From NCBI GenBank assembly GCA_963662275.1, contig OY759316.1, positions 3,840,001-3,904,000 on the forward strand: a stretch of DNA of 64,000 bases. The letters run 5' to 3'. This document shows, piece after piece, positions 1-10,195 of the stretch (its first letter is position 1; every line of letters begins with the position of its first letter). Origin of the DNA: Candidatus Cloacimonadales bacterium (GTDB lineage: Bacteria; Cloacimonadota; Cloacimonadia; Cloacimonadales; DAONDQ01). Made by a program: the position numbers and the translations under genes. Below the pieces are notes generated by a model that saw only the letters and a program-made list of their open reading frames with translations, was not told the origin of the DNA and did no database searches.

Positions 1-771
1 CATATTTTCCTGGTAAAAGAAATGACCCGCCAGATTCACTTCACCCAATATATATATTTCCTTGCTGGTAGCGGAAGGCACATAGATGTAGTCTTTATCG
101 ATAAGAGGAATATTATAACGGGTATTGCCTTTTTGAACAAGTTCAACAAAATCTATTGGTAGAATCTTATTGTCACGAGTCAGGAAAGTTCTTTCCAAAT
201 CAGCCAGTTCAATGGTGGCAGTTGGATAATATCCCAAAGCAAAACCTCCGGCATTAGCGATTGCATCAAGTACTCTCATGCTTCCTGAAATCTTGAAAGT
301 GCCCGGATGCATGACCTTTCCTAAGAGTGTTACTGTTGAATTCCTGGTTTCAATTAGAATGATTGATACCTTGGGATACAGTAAATATGCCTGTAGTTTA
401 TGTTCAAGCAACGTTGTGGCTTCAGCGATAGTGAGTCCTCCCACCTGCACTTCACCGACCAGGCGAAAGGATAGAGTCCCATCCTCTTTCACTATGACAA
501 CATCTGTATCCAGCTCCGGTTCATCATAGACATAGATTTTCATCTTATCCCCCGGCTCAAGCTTGTATGGAGGCAAGACGATATTGTTTAAACTGTCTAT
601 TTGTGCATAAATTGTATCCTGGGACGTGATCTGAGTTTCTTCCAGATAATCAGGTGTGATTTTACGATTTACTTTACTATTCGACAAGCCTTTGTTTGAT
701 GTGCATGATGCGAATAGGAAGATACTCAACATTAATAAAATTAGCTTGATTGGTGTATTTATTTTTATCAT
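1..771 (-). CDS. Polysaccharide export lipoprotein (Wza/SLBB family), runs off the window edge
   Basis: Not in the ORF track. Read by hand from ATG at 771: MIKINTPIKLILLMLSIFLFASC (lipobox), then PPYKLEPGDK...GTLSFRLVGEVQVGGLT (Poly_export) and SLBB-like LGKV..PG motifs. Confidence 0.85.
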   Translation of the reverse strand, partial: MIKINTPIKLILLMLSIFLFASCTSNKGLSNSKVNRKITPDYLEETQITSQDTIYAQIDSLNNIVLPPYKLEPGDKMKIYVYDEPELDTDVVIVKEDGTLSFRLVGEVQVGGLTIAEATTLLEHKLQAYLLYPKVSIILIETRNSTVTLLGKVMHPGTFKISGSMRVLDAIANAGGFALGYYPTATIELADLERTFLTRDNKILPIDFVELVQKGNTRYNIPLIDKDYIYVPSATSKEIYILGEVNLAGHFFYQENM

Positions 772-775
772 GCTA

Positions 776-2779
776 TTACTCTTTTGGAAAGAAGTCTTTA
801 TGTACATAATTTAAAACTCCATAGACATTTGTGAATTTTCTCTCTTTCAGATATTTGTTGATTTTTACCAAGCTGCTTCTACTGCTCCTCTTGAAACGGC
901 CTACCATAATGAGGGCATCTGCAGCAGTGACAATACTAGAGAAAAGCAACGGACTGTGCTGGTAATCGAAAAGCTCCCAAAAAATATAATCATACTCCGT
1001 TTGAGAATCGAGAAATGCACTGACTCGCTTGGAATCTAACAAGAGAGAAAAGACATGTTCGTCTGATAAAAAATAGGCATGGGATATGTTTGAGCTTCGT
1101 TTTTGTATTTGATATTTATCCGTGATATCGTAGAGGTAGTTGTTGAGCAAATATGGTTCTGTATCGGCAGTAGGGATTTGGATGGAATCAATGTACAGGA
1201 TTCTTTTCTTCTGATCTGACAGCATTCTGATAATGTCACAAATCAGGAAAGACTTACCTGTTTCCGGGACATCACTCCCAAAAGCTAATACTGATTTCCG
1301 ATTATCACTCGAAAGGCGCATAATGTTATCGACAAGTACCTGTAGATTTTTTAAATACACATTCTTTTCAAATTGATCTTCATCGGGTAACAGTCCGATT
1401 AATGGCATCATTCCGTTACCTGAAAAATCCTTATCGGATTTGAGATAAGGATCTAGAATTTCCTTTCCGATAACAAAGACCGAACATAGCCCAAAAATCA
1501 ATATTCCTATCCCCAGTACCACCATTTTGCGGTTTGTTCCTTCAGGAAACACGGGAGGTTTGGCTGACTCTATGATCTCGTAATCACTGACATTCGACTG
1601 AATTGACATCTGTGATTCAGCCAACCTGGCTTCAACGATGCGAAGAATATCACGATTCAGTTGCAGTTGTCTATCTATCTCCAGAAATTCCTTCTCCACG
1701 GTTGTCAGATCGCCCAGGGAAGTTCTAATACTATCAATTTTAGTTTTGAATTCTTTATTCATTTTCAGTGAAGCCTGTCTTTCAGCTTCAAAACGTGATT
1801 TATCAATGGTATAGACATCCTTCAAACCACTGGGTCCCCATGTTTCCGCATCCGGCAGATCACGGGAATCTCCGCTCGTTGTTTTCTGAAGCTCCCTGAT
1901 ATCATCAATTACTTTACTTACCTTGGGATTATCATCCGTATATCTGGTTCTTAATGTTTCCAATTCTCTCTGTAAATCCAACAGCCTTCTCTGGTCTGTC
2001 TGCGAATAAGTCCAATTCAGCATATTTTTGGCTGGAACATCCGCAAGCTTCTTGTTCATTTCCGATATTTTGCTATCCATTTCTGTTGCTTTTAACTGGT
2101 TTTTAATCATCTCAATTTCGACTTCTTTCAACTGGTCAAACTTGCTTTGTGATTCCTGGGAAACCGAGATGACACCATATTGTTCACGAAACTGATCGTT
2201 TTTGAACTCCAGGTTCTGAATTGCTAACAATCTATTTTGTTTCTCCTGTAAGTAATACTGATAGATTTTTTGAGTGGCTGAATTCATGAGCCTGATATTA
2301 TTCGTAATAAATGAAGTCGCTGTTGCATTGGCAATCTTAGCTGCCATTTCACGATCAGGCCAAGTAGCCGTAAAGCTGAGAACACTGGATCGATTGCCAC
2401 GCTGTACATCAACAGCTTTGAAGAGGGCTTCGGGAGTTGTTTTTAAATCCAGTTTTTTGATGACATCTACTAGCACATCCCTGATTCGCACAGTTTCAAG
2501 AACTGTATGTATATCAAAAGTCTGATAGAGATAGGGCATTTCAACCGGAGTGGACATATTTTTAGGAGCCATGATCATGAAACATCGTGCTTTCCAGGTT
2601 GGAGAGATATTCACTTTTGCCCAGATACCAGCTATAATCATGCAAATAATAGTGAAAATGATGATGTACCGTATTTTTTTACGATACACAATGAAAAGTA
2701 TCCTGCGATCAATAATAAGAGAAGGACCGCTGGATTCCTGACTTTCTTCGACAGATGTATTTTCGTTAGACAAGTTCAC
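776..2779 (-). CDS. Wzc/GumC-like polysaccharide co-polymerase with degenerate tyrosine-kinase domain
   Basis: Two TM segments flank a long coiled coil, followed by P-loop GSDVPETGKS. The ORF track starts at 2884, but GTG at 2779 overlapping the upstream stop is more plausible. Confidence 0.8.
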   Translation of the reverse strand: MNLSNENTSVEESQESSGPSLIIDRRILFIVYRKKIRYIIIFTIICMIIAGIWAKVNISPTWKARCFMIMAPKNMSTPVEMPYLYQTFDIHTVLETVRIRDVLVDVIKKLDLKTTPEALFKAVDVQRGNRSSVLSFTATWPDREMAAKIANATATSFITNNIRLMNSATQKIYQYYLQEKQNRLLAIQNLEFKNDQFREQYGVISVSQESQSKFDQLKEVEIEMIKNQLKATEMDSKISEMNKKLADVPAKNMLNWTYSQTDQRRLLDLQRELETLRTRYTDDNPKVSKVIDDIRELQKTTSGDSRDLPDAETWGPSGLKDVYTIDKSRFEAERQASLKMNKEFKTKIDSIRTSLGDLTTVEKEFLEIDRQLQLNRDILRIVEARLAESQMSIQSNVSDYEIIESAKPPVFPEGTNRKMVVLGIGILIFGLCSVFVIGKEILDPYLKSDKDFSGNGMMPLIGLLPDEDQFEKNVYLKNLQVLVDNIMRLSSDNRKSVLAFGSDVPETGKSFLICDIIRMLSDQKKRILYIDSIQIPTADTEPYLLNNYLYDITDKYQIQKRSSNISHAYFLSDEHVFSLLLDSKRVSAFLDSQTEYDYIFWELFDYQHSPLLFSSIVTAADALIMVGRFKRSSRSSLVKINKYLKERKFTNVYGVLNYVHKDFFPKE

Positions 2780-3899
2780 TCTCCATGGTTTTTCTGATAT
2801 CTGTGATCGATTGAATATTCTCGGGTATCTGTCTATTGGATAACATAATTGAATAGGAATGGATGGCATCAGGATGATAACCATGCATGCCCGGAATGAC
2901 TTTTAAACCCATGTAACTTGGGTTGATCAGGATTCCTTCATTCATCAGGAAGAACATCTCTCCAAAGAGATTATGAGGAAAAGAGACTCTCAGCTTTTTC
3001 ATCTCTTCATCACGAACGATGTAGCCACTGGAAACCTTTTGTAATGCCGTTGTGATATCTTTCTTTGCCTGATCATTGAAGAACCAGAATCTTGCCATCG
3101 TCGAATCATAAAACCCGATGTAATCTTTCCCATATTCATAGCCCAAAGCCGTAATATCCTTGACCAGGTCATATGAACCTGTTACAGGAGCCATGCCATG
3201 ATCAGAAATGACATACAGACTCACTTCATCATAGAGTTTACCTGCAAAGCGATAAAGATCTTCAATTTGGCTTTCCAGGGAATGCAGCTTATCCTGGGTG
3301 GCTTGTGAAAATGGTCCATGAGCGTGCATGACACTATCAAGTTTCGGCAGATACACATAAACGAATTTTACTTTTGCCTCTGAAATCATTCTTTTATTGG
3401 CAATCAGCACTTCAGCTTCCGATTCTCTCCAGTTTGAACAGTAATAGGGAATATCCTTTTCAATACACCAATCGAAGATAGTATCTGTCTTTAATATTCC
3501 ACCTGGAACGAAGTAATCTCTCTTTTCCAAGTAATCAAAATATGGCAGGTACCGAAAAGGTACGCTATAAAGCTCAAAATACCCGGTATAAGAATTGAGA
3601 CGTTTAATGATTTTACTGAGGTTATGGCGCACTCTCCATCGATCAAATACTGTCGGCAGCATCGCCATATATTTCATCCATTTGAATGGAGAATTCTCAG
3701 GGTCATAAATAAAACTCGACCAATGAGTATGTTCATCCGGATATCTGCCTGTAAGTATGGAAGGATCAGCAGCAGAGGAAAAGCCGAATGTGGTTTGCAA
3801 ACGTCGGGAGTTAGGAGCTACCTTATTCAGGAAGCCGTACTTTTGATAGATTTCCCATCCTAATGCATCTATAAAAACATACATGGCGAGTTTTTTCAT
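2766..3899 (-). CDS. Alkaline phosphatase superfamily protein (nucleotide pyrophosphatase/phosphodiesterase-like)
   Basis: Metal-binding motifs FIDALG, DSVMHAHG, SDHG, GMHGYHP; no signal peptide. Confidence 0.8.
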   Translation of the reverse strand: MKKLAMYVFIDALGWEIYQKYGFLNKVAPNSRRLQTTFGFSSAADPSILTGRYPDEHTHWSSFIYDPENSPFKWMKYMAMLPTVFDRWRVRHNLSKIIKRLNSYTGYFELYSVPFRYLPYFDYLEKRDYFVPGGILKTDTIFDWCIEKDIPYYCSNWRESEAEVLIANKRMISEAKVKFVYVYLPKLDSVMHAHGPFSQATQDKLHSLESQIEDLYRFAGKLYDEVSLYVISDHGMAPVTGSYDLVKDITALGYEYGKDYIGFYDSTMARFWFFNDQAKKDITTALQKVSSGYIVRDEEMKKLRVSFPHNLFGEMFFLMNEGILINPSYMGLKVIPGMHGYHPDAIHSYSIMLSNRQIPENIQSITDIRKTMESELV

Positions 3900-3908
3900 G
3901 ATAAACTC

Positions 3909-5048
3909 CTAATTGTATCTCTGCCACAAGCGTACAAAACGCTTTTGCAGGAGTACGGTATCCTCTGTGTGACTCAGCCCAAGTTTCTGACAGAGCTCTT
4001 TGATGTCCATGTTCTCTCCAAAAATCAGCCAAGGTAAAGTATAAAACAAACGGAGACGCGGATAGCTTTTAAATAATGTCCATTCAAATCCATTGGCTCT
4101 GGTGTCTTTCAGGTTCAAAGCCAGATTCTTCAGATTGCTCAATAGTCCATTATCTCCTAGATGAGTGTTCCTCAATTCTTCAAGGTAAACTTGATAATCA
4201 ATTTGATCTATACAAAAAAACAAAGCCCACATTTCAAAATACACGTCCTTGAACATACTGACAGCTTCCTGGTGCCGATTATACAAGATATCAGATGTCT
4301 CGGGTTTAATCTGAGGTTGCAACTTAAAAGCCATAGCTTCATGGAAGCGGGTTTTGAATTTATCGTTGGTCGTATATTTTGAAACATCAGTGTTATGGAT
4401 GCGTGATATTCTCTCGACATTCGACCAATGATATGTACCCTCGGCGATGAGAATTGCCTCTCCTAAAGCCTGGTAAGCTTTATGTATGTTGCGATTGATA
4501 AAATCATATTCGCAAGTTTCCTTGCCTGTATCTAGATATTCTTTAGCAAAATATAATCCCATTGCTCGATTCAAAAGCAGCTTCAGGGCTTCCATCAGGG
4601 GAATCTGATTTCCTTTCCAGTCAGGTAGATACCGGAGTATGTTCTCTCTTCCATAAATCACTTTGTGCCCCTGTTTGAGGTCATACCACATCAGTGTGAA
4701 AGGTGCTTTGGGAAGAGTATCAATTGCCTTCAAATCTGAAAAATCAATATCCACTCCATATTTCTCACTCAATTCATGATGCAAATCCTTCAATTTGTGC
4801 TCGATCTGTTTTTTTTCCCAAGGGTGAAGTTTCTTGGAGATAACGAAGAAATCCATATCATTGTATAGCTTTTCACCCTCTAGTGTTTGCAGCACTCCTC
4901 CTTCACCTCTGCCGTATCCACCACCCAGGATGAGGGCATGAATGTTCACACAATCAATTACCTGCTGAAACTTTAAACTGATATCAGCAAGAATGGCAGC
5001 TATGTATTCATCAAATGAGTCTGAGCCATAAACAGAATATTTACTCAT
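3909..5048 (-). CDS. Putative Pol-beta-like nucleotidyltransferase with helical C-terminal domain
   Basis: LILGGGYGRGEG...NDMDF resembles the hG[GS]x(n)DxD signature; a third acidic residue lies in DIDF. Confidence 0.55.
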   Translation of the reverse strand: MSKYSVYGSDSFDEYIAAILADISLKFQQVIDCVNIHALILGGGYGRGEGGVLQTLEGEKLYNDMDFFVISKKLHPWEKKQIEHKLKDLHHELSEKYGVDIDFSDLKAIDTLPKAPFTLMWYDLKQGHKVIYGRENILRYLPDWKGNQIPLMEALKLLLNRAMGLYFAKEYLDTGKETCEYDFINRNIHKAYQALGEAILIAEGTYHWSNVERISRIHNTDVSKYTTNDKFKTRFHEAMAFKLQPQIKPETSDILYNRHQEAVSMFKDVYFEMWALFFCIDQIDYQVYLEELRNTHLGDNGLLSNLKNLALNLKDTRANGFEWTLFKSYPRLRLFYTLPWLIFGENMDIKELCQKLGLSHTEDTVLLQKRFVRLWQRYN

Positions 5049-5089
5049 GTTATATCCTAAAACTGAGATTTATTTCGTACTTGAGGACT

Positions 5090-6490
5090 TTACTGGGTTG
5101 TGATCTTTGGAGTGCTTCGTAGTCTTCTTAAAATAGTCTTAGCTATGATCTTCAGGTTGTTTTTTGTCGAGATTTTGTTCATATATTCAAGTTCATAGAA
5201 AACACTCACTTCCTGGGTTTCAATATCCACTGTTTCGGGAAGTGAGAAAACGCCAGGTGCATAAATTGGGAGTTCATGTACTAACTTGCGATTTTGGATT
5301 GAATTTAGATAAAGATGATTCCCAACTAAATGAAGTTTTCCGAAGACTACTTTCCAGAGCAGTCCAAACTTATCCAGGCAGAACTTCATCATAAATCTAC
5401 CGAACAAAGTGCTGGAGAGTTTCCTCTGGTCAGCTGCGAAATCAAGTTGATAGCTCTTATTGAGCAGATGTTCACTTCTCAATTTCCCTGCAATCAGGCT
5501 GAAAGGTAAATACAATAATACCCATGGCAGCAATTGAAGAATGATTAAAAGGAAGGTGAAGAGAATCTGCGTTAAACGGTTAAAAATTGATATCACAATC
5601 CCTTGTTCTAATTCAGAAACGAGTATTTTATCAGAGATATGGATGATTTCGCCTGATATCCCACTGATCAGGTTTTTACCGTATACGATCTTCTCATGAA
5701 TATCAAGCTCTGTTCCGATGTACGTGTTATCGTAAATAATACTATCGGTTACAGCACTATTCTCGTCAACAATGACGTTGTTTCCTATGATGCTGTTGGA
5801 TCCGATAATGGTATATTTCTGGAAACGGCATCCATTCCCGATCATTATGGGTGGCTTGATCTCTGAACTGTTTGGATAAATGATGTTAATCCCTAGAAAT
5901 GTATTGGCTTCGTTTGAGTATCCGGGAAGAACATAAGATTGATTACGGTTCTTCAGTATTTCCATTGAAAGTTGATAATAATCGACAACCCCATGTATTT
6001 CTCGAATCACAAGCTGAGCATTTGGATCTTCGTCACTAGGCAGGAGAGATTTGATCTTTTCTCCTTTGGGAAGATAGATGAAGCGACGATCAGAATTACC
6101 CAAACAGAATTTCTGTTCCAGGCTCACACCTTTTCCAAGTTCTTTTCGGTCATACTGAACAAAGAAAAACCCATCCCAAAAAAGCATATCCTGGTCTTTG
6201 CAAAAGGAATAGTTCTTGAGATACACATCTTCGAGGCTATCTTCAGGTTTCGTGAGGGCATAGCTGATATTCACACCCCACTTTGCACCATCCTTAAAAT
6301 ACTCTTCAATCCCCTTGATAGATTTATCTGAAACGATTCTCAGTTCAGTTACTTTCAATAAGGAAACCAGATCAAGACTATACTCAAGAAGCGGTTTGTT
6401 CACGATTTTTAACATGTAGGGATCTTGTTTTGGAAAATATTCATTCAGCCAAAGTAAATCATTACTCTTGGCGTAGATCAAACAACGCAT
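5090..6490 (-). CDS. NDP-sugar pyrophosphorylase-like / left-handed beta-helix / degenerate sugar-transferase fusion
   Basis: PYMLKIVNKPLLEY and DGAKWGVNISY (NTP_transferase-like), hexapeptide IGxxxxIG repeats, C-terminal LDKFGLLWKVVFGKLHLVG...PG resembling Bac_transf. Confidence 0.7.
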   Translation of the reverse strand: MRCLIYAKSNDLLWLNEYFPKQDPYMLKIVNKPLLEYSLDLVSLLKVTELRIVSDKSIKGIEEYFKDGAKWGVNISYALTKPEDSLEDVYLKNYSFCKDQDMLFWDGFFFVQYDRKELGKGVSLEQKFCLGNSDRRFIYLPKGEKIKSLLPSDEDPNAQLVIREIHGVVDYYQLSMEILKNRNQSYVLPGYSNEANTFLGINIIYPNSSEIKPPIMIGNGCRFQKYTIIGSNSIIGNNVIVDENSAVTDSIIYDNTYIGTELDIHEKIVYGKNLISGISGEIIHISDKILVSELEQGIVISIFNRLTQILFTFLLIILQLLPWVLLYLPFSLIAGKLRSEHLLNKSYQLDFAADQRKLSSTLFGRFMMKFCLDKFGLLWKVVFGKLHLVGNHLYLNSIQNRKLVHELPIYAPGVFSLPETVDIETQEVSVFYELEYMNKISTKNNLKIIAKTILRRLRSTPKITTQ

Positions 6491-6522
6491 ACAACCCCCT
6501 GTTATAAAAACTAGGCTATTGA

Positions 6523-6861
6523 CTATTCACTTTCAAAACTGAGTATTGCTGCATCCAGATCGTCGAAAATATCAAATATCTTATGTGCGCGTGTAATGTC
6601 GAAAACCATACGTGGCTTATCTTGTAAACACGCGATCCTGACATCTCCACCACCTTGCGAGGCAGCCTTTAAACACGCCACTATTGTTCCTAAGCCAGTA
6701 CTGTCGATAAAGTCGCATTCTGCCAAATTGAGAACAAAGTTCGTTGCTTTTTCCGATGCTTGCTCAAAGACAGTTTTTAATTCAGGTGCATTGTACGCAT
6801 CCAATCGACCATATACTTCGATAACTCCAACGTTGCCTGCTAGTTTGAATTCAGTTTTCAT
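6523..6861 (-). CDS. STAS-domain anti-sigma factor antagonist
   Basis: GRLDAYNAPEL...FIDSTGLG (phospho-acceptor Ser), 112 aa. Confidence 0.92.
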   Translation of the reverse strand: MKTEFKLAGNVGVIEVYGRLDAYNAPELKTVFEQASEKATNFVLNLAECDFIDSTGLGTIVACLKAASQGGGDVRIACLQDKPRMVFDITRAHKIFDIFDDLDAAILSFESE

Positions 6862-6927
6862 AATGAACTCCTTGTATTTTATGATTATTTAAGACTATAA
6901 AATTAGGCAGTTATGCCATTCAAATCA

Positions 6928-7659
6928 CTAATAGGCACCTTTTCCGCCAATGACGGCTGGTATGGTTTTTAAAAGAATCATGACATCATTCCAGAAGCTT
7001 TGGCTTCTTATATAGCGCATATCAAGCTGAACCTGCTGTTGAAAAGGTATATCACTTCGTCCGCCAATCTGCCAAAGGCAGGTAATACCGGGTTTGACAT
7101 GCAATCTTTTTCTATCTTCCAATGTATATTCCAACACTTCCCGAGGTAAAGGTGGTCTTGGACCAACCAGGCTCATATCACCAACCAGTACATTGATTAA
7201 CTGTGGTAATTCGTCAATGCTGAATCTACGGATGATACGCCCAATCGATGTTACTCTCGGGTCGTTTTTCATCTTGAAGATAACTCCATCTTTTGATTCA
7301 TTTTGTTCAATCAATTTATCTTTCATTTTATCTGCATTTACATACATGGAACGGAACTTGATGAAACCAAAAGTAATTCCATTCAGTCCGACCCTTGGAG
7401 CAGTATAAAACACGGGACCAGGATCAGTAAAATAAATGATCAGTGCTGTAAGGATAAATATCGGTGATAAGAGGATAAGAAGGATCAGGGATGCAAGAAA
7501 ATCCAATGCTGTTTTTAGAAATTTCGCAAAACTAACAGTCCATTCCCAAACAGATATCTTGAGACGCATCTGTAGTTGGTTGCGTTTCTTATTCAAAAGC
7601 ATGAGACGCTCAATTTCCTTAATTCTCTGTCTTTGAACCAATCCGTTTTTCGGAGACAT
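6928..7659 (-). CDS. Priming undecaprenyl-phosphate glycosyl-1-phosphate transferase (Bac_transf)
   Basis: KFRSM, DPRVTSIGRIIRRFSIDELPQL, GDMSLVGPRP, KPGITCLWQ motifs. Confidence 0.95.
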   Translation of the reverse strand: MSPKNGLVQRQRIKEIERLMLLNKKRNQLQMRLKISVWEWTVSFAKFLKTALDFLASLILLILLSPIFILTALIIYFTDPGPVFYTAPRVGLNGITFGFIKFRSMYVNADKMKDKLIEQNESKDGVIFKMKNDPRVTSIGRIIRRFSIDELPQLINVLVGDMSLVGPRPPLPREVLEYTLEDRKRLHVKPGITCLWQIGGRSDIPFQQQVQLDMRYIRSQSFWNDVMILLKTIPAVIGGKGAY

Positions 7660-7692
7660 ATTTACCTCTTATTGATATTATAATCAATACTG

Positions 7693-9021
7693 TTAAACAG
7701 TCCTATTCATTTTCCAACGAAAAACCCTAAACAAAAATAATGGGTTGCCGATGATATACCGTTTCCACATTCTTTTAGGTTCTTTCATAAGCCTAAATAC
7801 CCATTCCAATCCTATCTGTCTCATCCAAAGAGGGGCTCTAGTAATTCTATCAGAGTAAAAGTCAAATAAACCTCCTACGCCCATTTGGATGTTGGCATTT
7901 ATTGAATTTCCGTAACGAGTAATGAATTTCTCTTGATTGGGTGCCCCAAAAGCTACAAGCAGGATATCTGTACCAGCTTGGTTTATCTCAGAGATAACCT
8001 GATCTGCTTCCTTTTCCCAATTAAAGAATCCATGCCTGGTTCCGCTAATCTCCAGTTTTGCGTATTTTTGCTGCAATTTAGCTTTCATCGTTTCTGCTAC
8101 AGAAGGACCAGCACCTAAAAGATAGATTTTGTATCCCTTAGATTGTGCTAATTCACATATATGGGGCAGCATATCCGTACCATTTAAGTTTTGACGTAAA
8201 GGAGTTCCCAGCATTTTCCCGGCGAGATTGATCCCAATTCCATCAGGGAACACCACTTCGTTCATTTGTAAAATACGATAATAGTCTTTGTCAATGAAAA
8301 CCTTGTTTAAACAATCGGGGTTCACAAAAAAGACAGGTGTCTTATGCTTATCGGTTAGTCTCTGGTCAATCAGTTCAATTGCCTCACTCATCATGATGTT
8401 GAGCATTTTAATGCCAAAAATATCAATTTCTCTATCATGATTCTCTTCAGTATGATGATATAGAAGAGCTGGAATGGATAGCAGAAGCAGCATTAAATCA
8501 CTTAAGCCTTTTCGGTGATGCAGATAATCCCAGTCCGTTTGATTTTGTGTTCCTGCTGCGATTCGTGAACTGCTCTGAATGAAGTGAAGATTGATGATTC
8601 CTGGTTTGAAACGCAACAGCCAGGGATCACCTTCCATGATATTTACTGTTTCGTAATCCCTAAAACTTACGCCGACAAGACTCAGTTTTCGGGAAAGCAC
8701 ATGAATAAATAGAGAAGAATGCCGAGGTAGCCAAGCATTTACATTGAATAATTGAAGCTTCAAAGGTCTAGCATCGGCACCGTAAATCATCTTTTGGACG
8801 AAAACATCTTTACCTGTAAATAACTTACGAATGCTAAGAATGAACAAGCTGGGGAGGGTAAAGACAAGTATGAAAAGAATACTCAATAAGATTTCGATGA
8901 TGGCATATAGACAACGGACAAGGAACAACCCGATATCTTGAGGAAGGAGGTGAAACCTGTTTTTAGGTGAACGACCTAATCTTTTCTCAAAAGTTTCAAG
9001 CTGCCTGATGTCTTTATTCAT
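7693..9021 (-). CDS. WecB/TagA/CpsF glycosyltransferase (GT26) with N-terminal degenerate Bac_transf domain
   Basis: PDGIG, NGTD, AFGAPNQE, GVGGLFDF, RAPLWM..IGLEW motifs; the N-terminal part has LSLVG...KPGI remnants. Confidence 0.9.
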   Translation of the reverse strand: MNKDIRQLETFEKRLGRSPKNRFHLLPQDIGLFLVRCLYAIIEILLSILFILVFTLPSLFILSIRKLFTGKDVFVQKMIYGADARPLKLQLFNVNAWLPRHSSLFIHVLSRKLSLVGVSFRDYETVNIMEGDPWLLRFKPGIINLHFIQSSSRIAAGTQNQTDWDYLHHRKGLSDLMLLLLSIPALLYHHTEENHDREIDIFGIKMLNIMMSEAIELIDQRLTDKHKTPVFFVNPDCLNKVFIDKDYYRILQMNEVVFPDGIGINLAGKMLGTPLRQNLNGTDMLPHICELAQSKGYKIYLLGAGPSVAETMKAKLQQKYAKLEISGTRHGFFNWEKEADQVISEINQAGTDILLVAFGAPNQEKFITRYGNSINANIQMGVGGLFDFYSDRITRAPLWMRQIGLEWVFRLMKEPKRMWKRYIIGNPLFLFRVFRWKMNRTV

Positions 9022-10195
9022 TTTTGCCGATCAACTCAGCTAGAGGTTCTAATAACGAATTGGAATACTTCTCAAAGTTATAATCCCTTTCTACCATCTG
9101 ATATCCTGCCTTGCCATATTTCAAGCGAAGCTCTTTATCATTGAGTAGTGTTTTCAGGGCAATCGCAAACTTCGCATAATCACCAGGTCTCACGAGAAGC
9201 CCGTTCACCTTGTGCTTTAGCCATTGTGGAATACCCCCATTGGCAAACGCAACGACTGGCTTTTTATGGGCAAATGCTTCCAAGCCAACCAAACCAAAAG
9301 GCTCCTGCCAACGCGATGGGACTACCACGATATCTGCCTGATCATAGATTTCAGAGACATTAGCAGTCCAGCCTACAAATTCTACCTTCTCATTCAACTT
9401 CAATTCGCATGCCAATTCCTCTAAAAAGAGCTTATCGTTGCCTTGTCCCACAATCTTGCATTGGAAAGGTTCTGAAAGCAATGAAAGCGACTGGAGCAGG
9501 AGATCGACTCCCTTTCCTCTTACCAATTGCCCAACGTACAGAATTATCGGACAGGTATTATTAACTGCCTCATTGATCGGCACGATGGGTTGATAGGGTA
9601 TAAGCTTTTTGATTTTCCTTTTGTCCCATCCATTCATGATGAGGTTATGTTTCATATAATCAGAAAGAACAAAACTCAAGTCACATTTCCGAATCTGCTG
9701 CAGCATGCGATAGCGCTGGTCTAAATCTATCAAGCTGATCTTGCCATTTTTCTTTTCAATCATACCCGCGCAGATTGAGCAATAAATCATGGAAAAGGGA
9801 AGAAAGCAGTTTTTGCGGATAACGGGGTAGTACTTATGCCTTCTTAAACAATAATAATCATGATCATGCACGATCACCACTGTTAGAAAGTGCTTTTGAA
9901 GGGTCTTGACCCATTTCCAATGATTCGTCTTATGGATGCAGACATATTGTATTCCGATGGACTTATATTGCGTGATGAGTTGCTCGATATCGTCTTCTTT
10001 ACTAATCGTTACATCTTCAAAAGCTGCATCGAAGAGAGGATCTTCAAAGACAGTATTTTCGAAGAGACCATACACTTGCCAGCCATGTTGCTTGAGCGTC
10101 TCTGCCATATTGACCATGAGTCGCTCAACACCGCCGATAAAACCTCGGCTGCTATTCAGCATGAGTATTTTGGGATGCTTCCCAAGATGCTCCAT
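9014..10195 (-). CDS. Glycosyltransferase family 4
   Basis: GGVE N-terminal motif; KGVD; EPFGLVGLEA (ExFGxxxxEA). Confidence 0.92.
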   Translation of the reverse strand: MEHLGKHPKILMLNSSRGFIGGVERLMVNMAETLKQHGWQVYGLFENTVFEDPLFDAAFEDVTISKEDDIEQLITQYKSIGIQYVCIHKTNHWKWVKTLQKHFLTVVIVHDHDYYCLRRHKYYPVIRKNCFLPFSMIYCSICAGMIEKKNGKISLIDLDQRYRMLQQIRKCDLSFVLSDYMKHNLIMNGWDKRKIKKLIPYQPIVPINEAVNNTCPIILYVGQLVRGKGVDLLLQSLSLLSEPFQCKIVGQGNDKLFLEELACELKLNEKVEFVGWTANVSEIYDQADIVVVPSRWQEPFGLVGLEAFAHKKPVVAFANGGIPQWLKHKVNGLLVRPGDYAKFAIALKTLLNDKELRLKYGKAGYQMVERDYNFEKYSNSLLEPLAELIGKNE

